Assembly: GCA_035697515.1 (NCBI GenBank)
Contig: DASSCS010000134.1
Location: forward strand, 15,286-79,285
Origin: Acidimicrobiales bacterium
GTDB taxonomy: Bacteria; Actinomycetota; Acidimicrobiia; Acidimicrobiales; VFJN01
Direction: 5' to 3'
DNA: 64,000 nt
Positions 1 through 10,000 of the stretch are shown here, one piece after another. Made by a program: the position numbers and the translations under genes. The first letter of the stretch is position 1. Each line of letters starts with the position of its first letter. Under the pieces are notes generated by a model. That model was not told the DNA's origin and made no database searches. It saw nothing but the letters and a program-made list of their open reading frames with translations.

Positions 1-243
1 CCGGTAGCGGCGCAGGATCGCTCGATGTTCGTCCCGACCGAGGTCGAGCTTGAACACGACGCCATGCGCTTGCTCGAACTTCGGGCATCCATCGCCACCC
101 AGGAGGGGGCACGACGCCTCCGGTGACGGGCCATGGCACACCACCACCGGATGACCCAGCCGCTCGAGGGCGACCCGATCGAACTCCCCGGCGTCGCCGG
201 GCGAAACATCCAGGAGCACGACGCCCTCATGCCAGTCGTCCAT
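1..243 (-). CDS. Hypothetical protein, 3' end outside the window (MDDWHEGVVLLDVSPG...VVVCHGPSPEASCPLLGGDGCPKFEQAHGVVFKLDLGRDEHRAILRRYR)
   Basis: Translated by hand (not in the ORF track). ATG at 243, AGGAGG RBS upstream, open frame to the window edge, GC3-biased codons. Confidence 0.7.
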   Translation of the reverse strand, partial: MDDWHEGVVLLDVSPGDAGEFDRVALERLGHPVVVCHGPSPEASCPLLGGDGCPKFEQAHGVVFKLDLGRDEHRAILRRYR

Positions 244-376
244 AAGGGCCTCCTCTCGATCTGGCCTCATCTTCCGGCTCGACGAACCGTGCTCGCCAGG
301 GTCCTTGGACCCTGCTCGCCGACGCCTCGGGCCGACTCTGCGTCGCGATCGGAGCCGGCCCGCACCGAGGAAGCGA

Positions 377-392
377 TACAGACCTGTCTGTA
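377..392. promoter_or_regulatory. Candidate TetR operator TACAGAC-CT-GTCTGTA
   Basis: Perfect 7-bp inverted repeat 70 bp upstream of an operon that contains a TetR gene. Confidence 0.6.
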
Positions 393-462
393 GCAGTGGT
401 ACGGTGCCCGAGGGGTTCGGCGGTGTCGCCCTGAGTCGCGAGCACCTGACCGGAGGAAAAGT

Positions 463-1341
463 ATGCGAGTCGGCATCCATGTCGTGAGCTTCACCTGGCC
501 CGGGGCTCCCGACTCGATCAGCCATACGTTGGCCGCCACAGCCCGCAGTGCAGAGGACGCAGGGGTGTCATCGTTCTCGTTGATGGACCACTGGTTCCAG
601 ATGGAGGCGATGGCGCCGGCCAACGACCCGATGCTGGAGGGCTACACCTCGCTGGGATTCGTTGCCGGCCACACCCGGACGATGAGGCTGGGCCTGCTGG
701 TCACCGGGGTCACCTACCGCCACCCCGGCCTGCTGGCCAAGATCGTGACGACGCTCGATGTCCTGTCGAGGGGCCGGGGCCAGCTCGGGATCGGCGCCGC
801 CTGGTACGAACGCGAGCATCGGGGCCTGGGCGTGCCGTACCCGCCGGTGGCGGAGCGGTTCGAACGCCTCGAGGAGACGCTGCAGATCTGCTTGCAGATG
901 TGGAGCGAGGACGACGGGGCGTTCGAGGGTCGCCACTACCGGCTGGCCGAGACCATCTGCGAGCCCCGCCCCGTGTCCCAGCCGCGCCCGCCGGTACTCA
1001 TCGGGGGCAGCGGCGAACGCAAGACGCTGCGCCTGGTCGCCCGCTACGGAGACGCCTGCAACCTGTTCGCCACCAGCCCCGACGAGATCGCCCACAAGCT
1101 CGATGTGCTGGCCCGCCACTGTGAGGCCGAGGGCCGCGACCCGGACACGGTCCAGCGGACGATCCTGGCGGTGCGCGACCCCTTCGCCGACCTCGACGGG
1201 TTCCTCGGTGACATGGACGCCTACGCCAAGCTCGGCATCGACGAGGTGGCCCTGATGCCCAGCGGCGACCCGGTGGCGTACGTCGAGCGGACCGGCAGCG
1301 AGATCGTCCCGCGCCTCGCCGAGCTCGACGCCAGCGGGTGA
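463..1341 (+). CDS. LLM-class (probably F420-dependent) oxidoreductase, Rv1855c-like
   Basis: Motifs MDHWFQM, LGLLVTGVTYRHPGLLAK, LGIGAAWYEREH, PPVLIGGSGERKTLRLVARY; GGAGG RBS. Confidence 0.9.
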   Translation: MRVGIHVVSFTWPGAPDSISHTLAATARSAEDAGVSSFSLMDHWFQMEAMAPANDPMLEGYTSLGFVAGHTRTMRLGLLVTGVTYRHPGLLAKIVTTLDVLSRGRGQLGIGAAWYEREHRGLGVPYPPVAERFERLEETLQICLQMWSEDDGAFEGRHYRLAETICEPRPVSQPRPPVLIGGSGERKTLRLVARYGDACNLFATSPDEIAHKLDVLARHCEAEGRDPDTVQRTILAVRDPFADLDGFLGDMDAYAKLGIDEVALMPSGDPVAYVERTGSEIVPRLAELDASG

Positions 1342-1949
1342 ACGCACCGGACCCGGCCGCCAGGGAGCGGGTCCTGGACACGGCGGCCGCGCTGTTCTAT
1401 GAGCACGGGTTCCACGCGGTGGGCGTCGATCTGATCGTCGCGCAGGCGGCGGTGGCCAAGACGACCCTGTACCGCCACTTCCCCTCCAAGGACGAGCTGA
1501 TCGTCGCCTACCTCGAGCGGGCGAACCTGGAGTTCTGGGCGTGGTTCGACGCGTCGGTCGACCCGGCGACCCCCGCCCGCGACCAGCTCCTCGCCGTGTT
1601 CGACGCCATCGAGACCCTCGCCACCAGTGCCGCCTGCCTGGGCTGCGCGTTCCAGGTCAGCGCGGCCGAGTTCCCCGATCGAGCTCATCCCGGCCACGCC
1701 ACCGCGCTCGCCCACAAGGAGGCGGTGCGCACCCGGCTCCGAGAACTCGCCGCCGCCGCCGGCGCCGCCCACCCCGACGCCCTGGGCGACGCCCTGTTGC
1801 TGGTGATGGACGGCGCCTTCGCCGCTGCGCGCATGTACGGCCCCACCAGCCCCGCCGCTCGCGCGGCCGGCGCCGCCCGCACCCTCATCGACGCCCACCT
1901 CCCCGCCCGCCGCCCTCGCCCTCGCCAGAAGCCAGCAGAGGGGACTTAG
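1338..1949 (+). CDS. TetR/AcrR family regulator
   Basis: N-terminal HTH (GFHAVGVDLIVAQAAVAKTTLYRHFPSKDELI); GTGA overlap with the upstream gene. Confidence 0.92.
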   Translation: MNAPDPAARERVLDTAAALFYEHGFHAVGVDLIVAQAAVAKTTLYRHFPSKDELIVAYLERANLEFWAWFDASVDPATPARDQLLAVFDAIETLATSAACLGCAFQVSAAEFPDRAHPGHATALAHKEAVRTRLRELAAAAGAAHPDALGDALLLVMDGAFAAARMYGPTSPAARAAGAARTLIDAHLPARRPRPRQKPAEGT

Positions 1950-2339
1950 GTGCTCGGCTCGCTTGACTTCGTCTACGTCCCGACGGCGGACGTCGACACG
2001 ACCGCCCGCCACTACGTCGAGGTCCTCGATGCCAGGCTCGAATGGCGCGTCCGCGCCATGGGCACGACCGTGGCTGCCATCCGAGTCGCCCAGCAGGGCC
2101 CGCTGATCCTGCTGGCCGGCCACCTCGAGGGCGACACCCCGATCCTCGTCTACCGCGTCGACGACTACGACACGGCGGTCGCCGCACTTCGCGCCGCGGC
2201 CGTCACGGAGCTCGTCGAGCTCGAGATCCCGCACGGGCCGTGCGCCGCCTTCCGCGCCCACGGCGGCCAACGCCTCGCGGTCTACGAGCTGACCCGCCCC
2301 GCGGCTGTCACCCACTTCACCGGACGGTTCGATCCCTGA
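1950..2339 (+). CDS. VOC/glyoxalase family protein
   Basis: LDFVYVPTADVDTTARHY...ILVYRVDDYD pattern of paired beta-alpha-beta units; starts immediately after the TetR stop. Confidence 0.8.
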   Translation: MLGSLDFVYVPTADVDTTARHYVEVLDARLEWRVRAMGTTVAAIRVAQQGPLILLAGHLEGDTPILVYRVDDYDTAVAALRAAAVTELVELEIPHGPCAAFRAHGGQRLAVYELTRPAAVTHFTGRFDP

Positions 2340-2454
2340 AACCGTGAAGCATGCTTCGGCGCTCCGCGATGAATTCCGCGACGGCCAACGGTCTTAGGGG
2401 GTGCAGGCGCGGCGGTTCGGGCCACGCGCCGATCTGGAGACCCAGGAGGCACCG

Positions 2455-3204
2455 ATGGTGAACGGACATGTCGTGATGAACACTCCCCCGATCGTGTCGC
2501 CGCAGGACTGGGAGGCTGCGCGCCTGCAACTGCTGGTGAAGGAGAAGGAGTTGACCCGCGCCCGTGACGCGCTGGCCGCCGAGCGTCGGCGGATGCCGTG
2601 GCAGGCCGTGGAGCAGGAGTACGCGTTCGACGGGCCCGAGGGCAGGGCGAGCCTGCTCGACCTGTTCGCCGGTCGCAGTCAGCTGATCGTCTACCGCGCC
2701 TTCTTCGAGCCCGGCGTGTTCGGCTGGCCCGAGCATGCCTGCCGCGGCTGCTCCATGCTGGCCGACCAGGTCGCCCACCTCGCCCACCTCAACGCCCGCG
2801 ACACCACGCTCGTGTTCGCCTCGCGGGCGCCGCAGACCGACATCGCGCGCCTCAAGGCGCGGATGGGCTGGGAGATGCCCTGGTACACGCTGACCGACGG
2901 TTTCGACACCGACTTCGGGGTGGACGAGTGGCACGGCACCAACGCCTTCATCCGTGACGGCGACAGCGTCTTCCGCACCTACTTCATCAACAGCCGCGGC
3001 GACGAGGCGATGGGGAGCACCTGGAGCTACCTCGACATGACTGCGCTCGGGCGCCAGGAGCAGTGGGAGGACTCGCCGCAGGGCTACCCCCAAACGCCGC
3101 CCTATGAGTGGTGGAACTGGCACGACGACTACGGCGACGGCCAGGCGACCCACGAGGAATGGCTCCGTCGCATTGCCGGCTCACAAGGCGGCGACACCAC
3201 GTGA
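2455..3204 (+). CDS. DUF899 thioredoxin-like protein
   Basis: PPIVSPQDWEAAR, LAAERRRMPW, LLDLFAGRSQLIVY, CRGCS, YLDMTALGRQE; GGAGG RBS before ATG 2455. Confidence 0.9.
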   Translation: MVNGHVVMNTPPIVSPQDWEAARLQLLVKEKELTRARDALAAERRRMPWQAVEQEYAFDGPEGRASLLDLFAGRSQLIVYRAFFEPGVFGWPEHACRGCSMLADQVAHLAHLNARDTTLVFASRAPQTDIARLKARMGWEMPWYTLTDGFDTDFGVDEWHGTNAFIRDGDSVFRTYFINSRGDEAMGSTWSYLDMTALGRQEQWEDSPQGYPQTPPYEWWNWHDDYGDGQATHEEWLRRIAGSQGGDTT

Positions 3205-3365
3205 TCGCCCACATCGCGGGCGTACCGGCGGAGGAGACCCTGCTGCCGCTGCTGAGCGGGGTGGGCGCCGTGCTGCTGCTGGCGCGCGCCTGGGTTGTGT
3301 CCCGCATGCGACGTCCACGGAGCCCGCGACATGACCGACCACAGGACGCTGACGCCCTGATTTGA
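3201..3365 (+). CDS. Small membrane protein (54 aa, one hydrophobic segment)
   Basis: GTGA overlap with DUF899; IAHIAGVPAEETLLPLLSGVGAVLLLARAWVV followed by a basic tail. Confidence 0.6.
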   Translation: MIAHIAGVPAEETLLPLLSGVGAVLLLARAWVVSRMRRPRSPRHDRPQDADALI

Positions 3366-3406
3366 GGGCTGATCCGGGCCCGCTCTCTGGGGCGTCGGCC
3401 GAGTGC

Positions 3407-3955
3407 TCAGGGTGCGTAGGTCGCCAGGACGATCCCGTTGCTCAGGACCTTCGCGTCCACGAGGTCGAACGTCGCCGCCGTGCCGGGGCGGTACAGCAGG
3501 TCGTCGACGTCGCTCGGTCCGACCAGTTGCGGATGGATCCACAGCTGGAGCTGGTCGAAGAGGCCGTGTCCGAGCAGGAGCCGCGAGACGTCACCGAAGC
3601 CGTACTGCACGATGTGGCCACCGTCCTCGCCCTTGAGATCTTGGACTCGGTCGACGACATCGCCGGCGATCACCTCGGTGTTCGTCCACTGCGGGTCGGT
3701 GAGCGTGGTCGAGACGACGACCTTGCGCATGGTGTTGATGCGATCCGAGTACGGGTCCCCACCGCGGCTCGACCACGCGGGAGCGAACACCTCGTACGTG
3801 CGGCGGCCCATCAGAACGATGTCGCACGTCTCCAGCAGCGTGGTCTGGATCGTCGCGCCCTCGTCGGAGGCGCCGCTCTTCAGGGAGGGCCACAGGTGCG
3901 GACCCTCGACGACGCCGTCGAGCGTGACGTACGTGGAGTTGATCAGCTGCCGCAT
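3407..3955 (-). CDS. Dihydrofolate reductase / RibD C-terminal family protein
   Basis: MRQLINSTYVTLDGVVEGP, LMGRRTYE, LDQL..IHPQLVG, SNGIVLATY; RBS before ATG 3955. Confidence 0.88.
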   Translation of the reverse strand: MRQLINSTYVTLDGVVEGPHLWPSLKSGASDEGATIQTTLLETCDIVLMGRRTYEVFAPAWSSRGGDPYSDRINTMRKVVVSTTLTDPQWTNTEVIAGDVVDRVQDLKGEDGGHIVQYGFGDVSRLLLGHGLFDQLQLWIHPQLVGPSDVDDLLYRPGTAATFDLVDAKVLSNGIVLATYAP

Positions 3956-4069
3956 CGAATCGGTCCCTCTCGTCTTGCGCTGGGTGTCCATCCGTCCATC
4001 CCGGGGCGGTCCCGGCCGGACGCCTTCACGTCTAGCCCTGAGCGGGCGACGTCGTCTTGAACGAAAACG

Positions 4070-4768
4070 TCAGTCAGGGCTCGCCGACCGCAGGGACACG
4101 ATCTGGGACGGTGTCTGGCCCACCAGGCGCTTGAGCGACCGGGTCAGGTGGGGCTGGTCGGCGTACCCGGCGCACGGCGCCGCGTCGAGGGGGGACATGC
4201 CGCGGGACAGCAGCTCGACCGCCCTCTCGGCCCGTCGGATCTGCCCGATGGCCCCCCGGGTCAGCCCCGTGGCCCGTGACACCCGTCGTTCCACCGACCG
4301 CGTGGACAGGCCCTTGACCTGACCGTGAAGGGCTTCCGACACGACCGGATCACGAACCAGCAGACGGGCGCGAACGAGCCTGTCGACGAAGACATCGGCG
4401 TTGTCCGGTCCCGGGACCTCCCAGGCGGACCCGTTGAGCCAGAACCACCCGTGCGCCACCTGCGGTAACGCCAACGACCGATCGACCAGGTGCCCCGGCG
4501 GCAGGCTCGGCATGAACGTACCGAGGCTGAACTGGATGCCGAAGAACTCCGCGTCCCGGGGGACCGGCACGGTCGTGGCCTTCGTCTCGGGCCCTCTCAC
4601 CGTCAGCCGAGCCGCGCCGCTCTGCCGCGTGACGACGATCTCCCCGTGGCTCGCCGCCACCGAGATGAAGGACTCCTCAGCTTCGCTCCGGGTCTGCCAC
4701 GTCTCGTCGACGAACGGCGAGCGCGACGGTCGTCGCTCGAGGCTGAACAGCTCGACGGCGCGCTTCAC
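4070..4768 (-). CDS. AraC family transcriptional regulator
   Basis: C-terminal double HTH (LSTRSVERRVSRATG...GYADQPHLTRSLKRLVGQTP). Confidence 0.85.
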   Translation of the reverse strand: MKRAVELFSLERRPSRSPFVDETWQTRSEAEESFISVAASHGEIVVTRQSGAARLTVRGPETKATTVPVPRDAEFFGIQFSLGTFMPSLPPGHLVDRSLALPQVAHGWFWLNGSAWEVPGPDNADVFVDRLVRARLLVRDPVVSEALHGQVKGLSTRSVERRVSRATGLTRGAIGQIRRAERAVELLSRGMSPLDAAPCAGYADQPHLTRSLKRLVGQTPSQIVSLRSASPD

Positions 4769-4869
4769 GAGCGTTTCGACGGGTCGCGGGGGGTGGAACT
4801 CATTGGTGAGATCGACCCCCGTTCGTGTTCGTGACGCTACGTCCCGGCGTGCGGTCGCACAGCGTCGGC

Positions 4870-7026
4870 ATGGCGGGTGCCCGCGCGCCTAGCGTGGTCG
4901 CCGATGGGGCCACGGTGAGAACTCTCCACCTGCCCGGCGCGGCCACGACCACGTCGCCATCCACGACGGCGACGTCGGCACCGCGCCGGCCCGGCGTGCG
5001 GTGGCGGGGCGCACCTGTGGTGATCGCCGCTGCGGTCGGCGGGCTGGTGGCGCTCGCGTCGGCGTACCTGGTGTGGCCGCACGGCACCCTCAACCTCGAC
5101 GAGATCGCGTACCTCAACCAGGCCGAGGCGATCAGACACGGCTCGCTCACGTACGACGCCGGCTCCTACCTCCCCGACTTCCGTCCCTACCTGTCAGGCA
5201 TCGCCGGCGATCGGATCGTGTTCAAGTACCAGCCGCTGTGGCCGGCCATCCTGGCCGGCTCCGAGGCGGCCACCGGCGACCACCGCCCGGGGTTGGTGCT
5301 GGCCGGCGTGGCGACGGCGCTCGCCATGTGGTTGCTCGGTCGGGAGCTCACGGGCAGCCGCTGGCTGGGCACGGCGACCGCCTCGGCGGTCGCGGTGTCG
5401 CCGATCTTCGTCTCCCACAGCGGCACCGCCCTTGCCTATCTGCCGTCGGGCGGGCTGGTGGCGGCGTCGATCGGCGCGACGCTGCGGGCGGCGCGTACCG
5501 GGTCACGCGCCTGGTCGCTCGCTGCCGGCGCCGGCTTCGGGGTGTTGTTCTTCCACCGCCCGTACGACGCGCTGCTCACGGCCATCCCCGTCGGGGTGTG
5601 GCTCGTCTGGCGGGCCAGGCGCGACGCACGCTGGGGGTCGCTCCTGACGCTCGCGCTGGCGGCGGCGCCCTTCGTGGCGGCGTGGCTGGCCTACAACCGG
5701 CACGTCACCGGCGACCCTCTGCAGCCGGCGTTCTCGGTGGGAGCGCCTGAGGACCGCTTCGGCTTCGGCCCGCGGGCGAGCTGGGCACCGACCGACCCCG
5801 AGTTCTCCCGGGACCTGCTCGACTTCACGCCATGGGGGTCGCTGCGAACCGTCGGTCGATTCGGAGTCGTCACGCCGCTGTGGCTCGCCGGCGGCGTGGT
5901 CACGCTGGCCCTGGCCGTGCTCGCGGTGGCCCGCCGGCGAGACGACGGGCGCCGCTGGGTGCTGGCCGCCACCGCGGGGTCGGTCATCGCAGGCCACGCC
6001 CTGTGGTGGGGCACCCAGAACTTCGTGAACTTCGGCCTCACTGGTGCGCTCGGCCCTGCCTATTGGTTGGGTGCGCTGGGTCCCGTGATGGCGCTGGCCG
6101 TGGCCGGGGGCCACGAGCTGGTGAGCTACGCCCGGGGCCTCGCTCCGTCCCGGCGGAAGGCGCTCCTCGCCGGGACGGCGGCCGTCGCCCTGGTGGGCGG
6201 CGTCGCCGGCGCTGCGGTCGTCGGTCGCAGCATCGGTCGGGCGGAGCGCGACCGCGACCGCCAGATCGCCGTGGCCGAGGCGGCGCCCCGGAATTCGGTG
6301 CTGATGCTCCCCGGTGCGGTCGACGACCCGTTCGTGCGCGTCGTGGTGCCGGCCGAGATCGATGCCGAGCCTCGCCTCGTCGCGGTCGACGAAGACACGG
6401 CCGAACAGCTGTTCCGCCTGCGCGACCGGTTCGCTGACCGGTCGCTGTGGACCTGGCTGCCGATCCGCCGTCCGGGGTCGGCGTTCGAGGAGCCGGACCG
6501 GTATCAGTTGGGCAACCTGCCCGAGGTGGCGGCCCCGCAGGTCGACGTGAGTCTGACGCTGGCGGATGGCGCCCAGCCGTCAGGCACCGCATGGCTGCGC
6601 ACGCTCGACGGTGACGGCGCCGAGATCGACCGGGTCGAGATCGAGGTCGCAGGCGGCACAGCTCAGGGCGCTGCCGTTCCGGCCGCGGTCGCCCCCGCCG
6701 CGGGCGAAGCGGGCCTCCCGGATGCCGGGCCCGGGGGTGCACCAATCGCGCAGACGCTGGCGATCGGGCGCGAGCCGGCGTGGCTGGCCGCGGGCGTGAC
6801 GGTCGTGCGCGGGGACGGTCCGCCCGACGTGGTCGAGGTCCGCTGGGCGGCGCGCAGCCGCGACGGCCGGGTCGAGGTGATCGGTCCGGGTACCGGCCAC
6901 CGGTTCTACGACTTCCCCGACGGCGGCGCCGCCTGGTTCGAGGAGGACGTGACAGGCAGCCTCGCGGCGGAGGTGGTCGGGCTCGAGCGTTTCGATCCGG
7001 TCCAGGTGCTGAGGGAGCTCCCGTAG
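4870..7026 (+). CDS. Polytopic GT-C-fold glycosyltransferase (PMT/ArnT-like) with C-terminal extracytoplasmic domain
   Basis: NLDEIAY loop motif after TM1, KYQPLWP, about 11-12 hydrophobic helices; start codon uncertain (4825 or 4870). Confidence 0.65.
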   Translation: MAGARAPSVVADGATVRTLHLPGAATTTSPSTTATSAPRRPGVRWRGAPVVIAAAVGGLVALASAYLVWPHGTLNLDEIAYLNQAEAIRHGSLTYDAGSYLPDFRPYLSGIAGDRIVFKYQPLWPAILAGSEAATGDHRPGLVLAGVATALAMWLLGRELTGSRWLGTATASAVAVSPIFVSHSGTALAYLPSGGLVAASIGATLRAARTGSRAWSLAAGAGFGVLFFHRPYDALLTAIPVGVWLVWRARRDARWGSLLTLALAAAPFVAAWLAYNRHVTGDPLQPAFSVGAPEDRFGFGPRASWAPTDPEFSRDLLDFTPWGSLRTVGRFGVVTPLWLAGGVVTLALAVLAVARRRDDGRRWVLAATAGSVIAGHALWWGTQNFVNFGLTGALGPAYWLGALGPVMALAVAGGHELVSYARGLAPSRRKALLAGTAAVALVGGVAGAAVVGRSIGRAERDRDRQIAVAEAAPRNSVLMLPGAVDDPFVRVVVPAEIDAEPRLVAVDEDTAEQLFRLRDRFADRSLWTWLPIRRPGSAFEEPDRYQLGNLPEVAAPQVDVSLTLADGAQPSGTAWLRTLDGDGAEIDRVEIEVAGGTAQGAAVPAAVAPAAGEAGLPDAGPGGAPIAQTLAIGREPAWLAAGVTVVRGDGPPDVVEVRWAARSRDGRVEVIGPGTGHRFYDFPDGGAAWFEEDVTGSLAAEVVGLERFDPVQVLRELP

Positions 7027-7077
7027 GGACTGGCCTGGGCTTTCCGATGCGTCGACCACCGCCCGCGGGCGCCGTCG

Positions 7078-10000
7078 CTAGCCGAGTTGCAGCACGGCGA
7101 CGTTCGAGGTCGGTCCGGTCCCGGAAGCGTCGGCGACGACCGCGACGAGGCGGTTGCTCCCGCCCCCCGCCACGGAGGAGGTGAGGGTGACGGCGATGTC
7201 CACCGAACCCGTCGGCCCGATGGTCCCGGTGTACTCGCGCACGGCCACGACGCTGTTGGCCTCGAACGGGTCGATGTCGAAGCCGCCGCCGGGCAGGCCG
7301 GCCGTGAAGAGCGCACCCTCGACCTGCACGAGGCGCACGGACGCACCGGCGGGGCCCGTGACCTGTACCGTCTGCGCCGCCTGCGCCACGACCGCCGGCG
7401 TCGATGGGACACCCACGACGGCCAGCGACGGCGTGGGCCGCTCCGTCCCCGCGAGCCGCACCTCGGACTGCCCCAGACTGCCCGAGGTCCGGTACAGCCG
7501 GCCGGTCTGTGCGGTGCCGTCCTCGTAGGTGACGGTGACGGACGCCGCGGTCAACTCGAGGCCGGACACGCTGCCCGCCTCGCCCGGCCCCGGAGGGCTG
7601 GACCCCTTGATGCTGGTGGGGTCGATGTCGGCGGAGAAGGTGAGCGTCTCGCCCGGCCCGAAGTCGGTGAAGGTCGCGTTGAGGACGTCGAAGCCGCCGT
7701 CATGGGAGCCGGAGAAGCTGTGCCCGATGGTTCCGACGCCCGGGTTGCTGTCGACGGTGAACCCCTTCCCCAGCGTGTCGCCACCGGCGCCGTCGGGGTC
7801 GAACACGAGGTCGGGCAGCACGCTGGGGGACAGATCGAACCGGACGCTCGAGATCTGCTGCCCGCCGGTTGACCCGTTGGCGATCCGGAACGATCCGCTC
7901 GTGAAGGTGCTCGAGTTCAGCCCTGCGGCGCCGACCGTGATCGTCGTGGACGGTGCGGTCGCCGGGGCGGGCTGGACCTCGAGGAAGTCCCAGGTCGCGG
8001 GGAACGGCGGAGCGGCGCCCGCCGACGTTGAGATGATGCCCACGGCCGGGGCCACGGCTCGGGAGAACCATGACGTGGGCACGGCCTGGAGGCCCCCGAC
8101 GGCCACGGGAGCGGCACCGTCGATCGAGTAGCTGGCCTGGACCGTCCCCGCGCCGGGGTCCACGCGCAGGTACAGGTCGACGGCCGAGGCGATCGGCCAG
8201 GTCGGACCGGGGGCCGTGACAGCGGCCGGTGAGCCCGCCACCTCCTTGACGAGAGCGAACCCACCGGCGCCGTTGTTGGCGCTCACCGCGAGCTTCACGT
8301 AGTCGTCCTGGCCGCCCGTGCCGACGAAGACGCCGTAGGACTGGGCGCCGGTCGGGGTCGTGCCGGAGAACGGGGCGGGAAGGCGCGTGTGCACGACGAA
8401 CGGACCCGTCGTGCCGCTGACGTCGATGCCGTGCTGGAACCCGTACTGCTGGGTGTTCGTGGCCCCGAGCGCGTCACCGTCGCTGACCTCGTCGACGGTG
8501 ACGACCCCGGCGGCACCCCCGGCTGTCATCTTGCTCGGGTCGTACAGGGAGGCGTAGTTCGTCGACGCGTCGGTCATCAGCCCCGTGAACCCGAGACCGA
8601 GCAGCCCACCTGCGGGCGGCGCGTCGTTGTCCCACGTGTGCACGACGGGCAGCGCCGTGCTCCGTCCGTTGTTTGCGTCGACGGCGAAGGGATCGGCGGT
8701 GTCGGGCAGCGCATCGTTGTCGTCGTCGGGGTCGTTGAGGTCGGAGATGCCGTCCCCGTCGGCGTCCGGCGGCACGTCGGCCGCCGAGCAGGGGTTCGTT
8801 GCGTTGTCGATCTCGTCGGCGTTGCTGAACCCGTCACCGTCCTCGTCGAGGGCGGGGTCGTCGCCGCCGGTGCACGCGAAGTCCTCTGGCTCGAAGACGC
8901 CCACGGCGTTGCCCTGCAGGTCCGCCACCCAGATCGTGCCCGGGAACGGGCTGTCGTCGCCCAGTGCCGTCACGTCCAGCGGCAGGGCGGCCGCCGAGGA
9001 GAAGAGCGGGGTGGTGGAGGTGACCGCGGTGCCGGCCGCGTTGAGCTGGATGCGGTAGATGGTGTCGTTGTGGGATGCGGCGAGGAGGTCGCCCCGCATG
9101 GCGCCCCCGAAGTTCGACGCGGTGTACTCGTCGAGCCCGTTGGTCGAGAAGCCGAAGCTCGCCATTGCCCCTCGCTCGGCCTCGGTGCGGTAGTCGCACT
9201 CCACGGGATGGGACGACAGCACCGGAGACTGCGGATTGCTCGCGTTGAAGGTGTTGGCCCGGTTGGCGCGGGTCGGGTTCGGGTGACCGCCGTAGAAGCC
9301 CGGCTCCGGTATGCGGATCAACGGGTCGCGGTCGCTGTCGCTGGGCTCGAAGGGACTGTTGGTGCAGGTGCCCGAGGCATCGTCCGGCTGCGCCGGACCG
9401 CCCCACCCCGCGTTGCCGCCGTTGTCGATGGTGTACATGTTCCCCGACTCGGTCATCACCAGGTCGTAGGGGTTGCGGAAGCCCGGTGCATAGATCTGCA
9501 CCGGCCCGCCCGGCACGATCCGGGCTTGGTTCTTCCCGTTGTTGCCGCCGAAGGGGTCGTTGGCATCGGGAGAGCCCGGCCTTGCCTCGTCGTCGAGAGT
9601 GGGGAGGTCGTAGGTCGAACTGCCGATCGCGTCGAGATCGACGGAGATGATGGCGGCTGACAGGGCGAACTCCGGCAGGAGCGCGAAGTTGTGCGAGGGC
9701 GCCCCTCTGTTGGTGTTCCCGCCCTGGGCGATGAGCAGCGTGTTCGTCGCCGGGTCGACGACGACGCCGTTGCCGGTGTGGTTCTCCTCGGAGCGCGGCA
9801 GGCCTCGGACGAGATCCACCTTCTGCCAACCGCCCGTCACCTTCCTCAGGCGCGAGAGGACACCGGAGTTCGTGTCGAGGTTGAGATCGACCCCCGCCGT
9901 CCCGGCGCCGATGCGCGGGTCCGACGACACGACATAGATCTCGGGACTCTGGGCCGTGCCGGTCACCGCGATCCCGGTCACGAGCCGGGTGGTCACCGAC

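Noticed and set aside
403-455. TPP-riboswitch-like words (GGTGC, CTGAG, ACCTGA) upstream of the LLM gene
   Set aside because: Spacing is too short, there is no P4/P5 arm or terminal AGGGA pairing, and the downstream gene is not thiamine-related.
2346-2357. 12-bp palindrome GAAGCATGCTTC after the VOC gene
   Set aside because: Short, single copy, with no candidate regulator or promoter context; could be chance.
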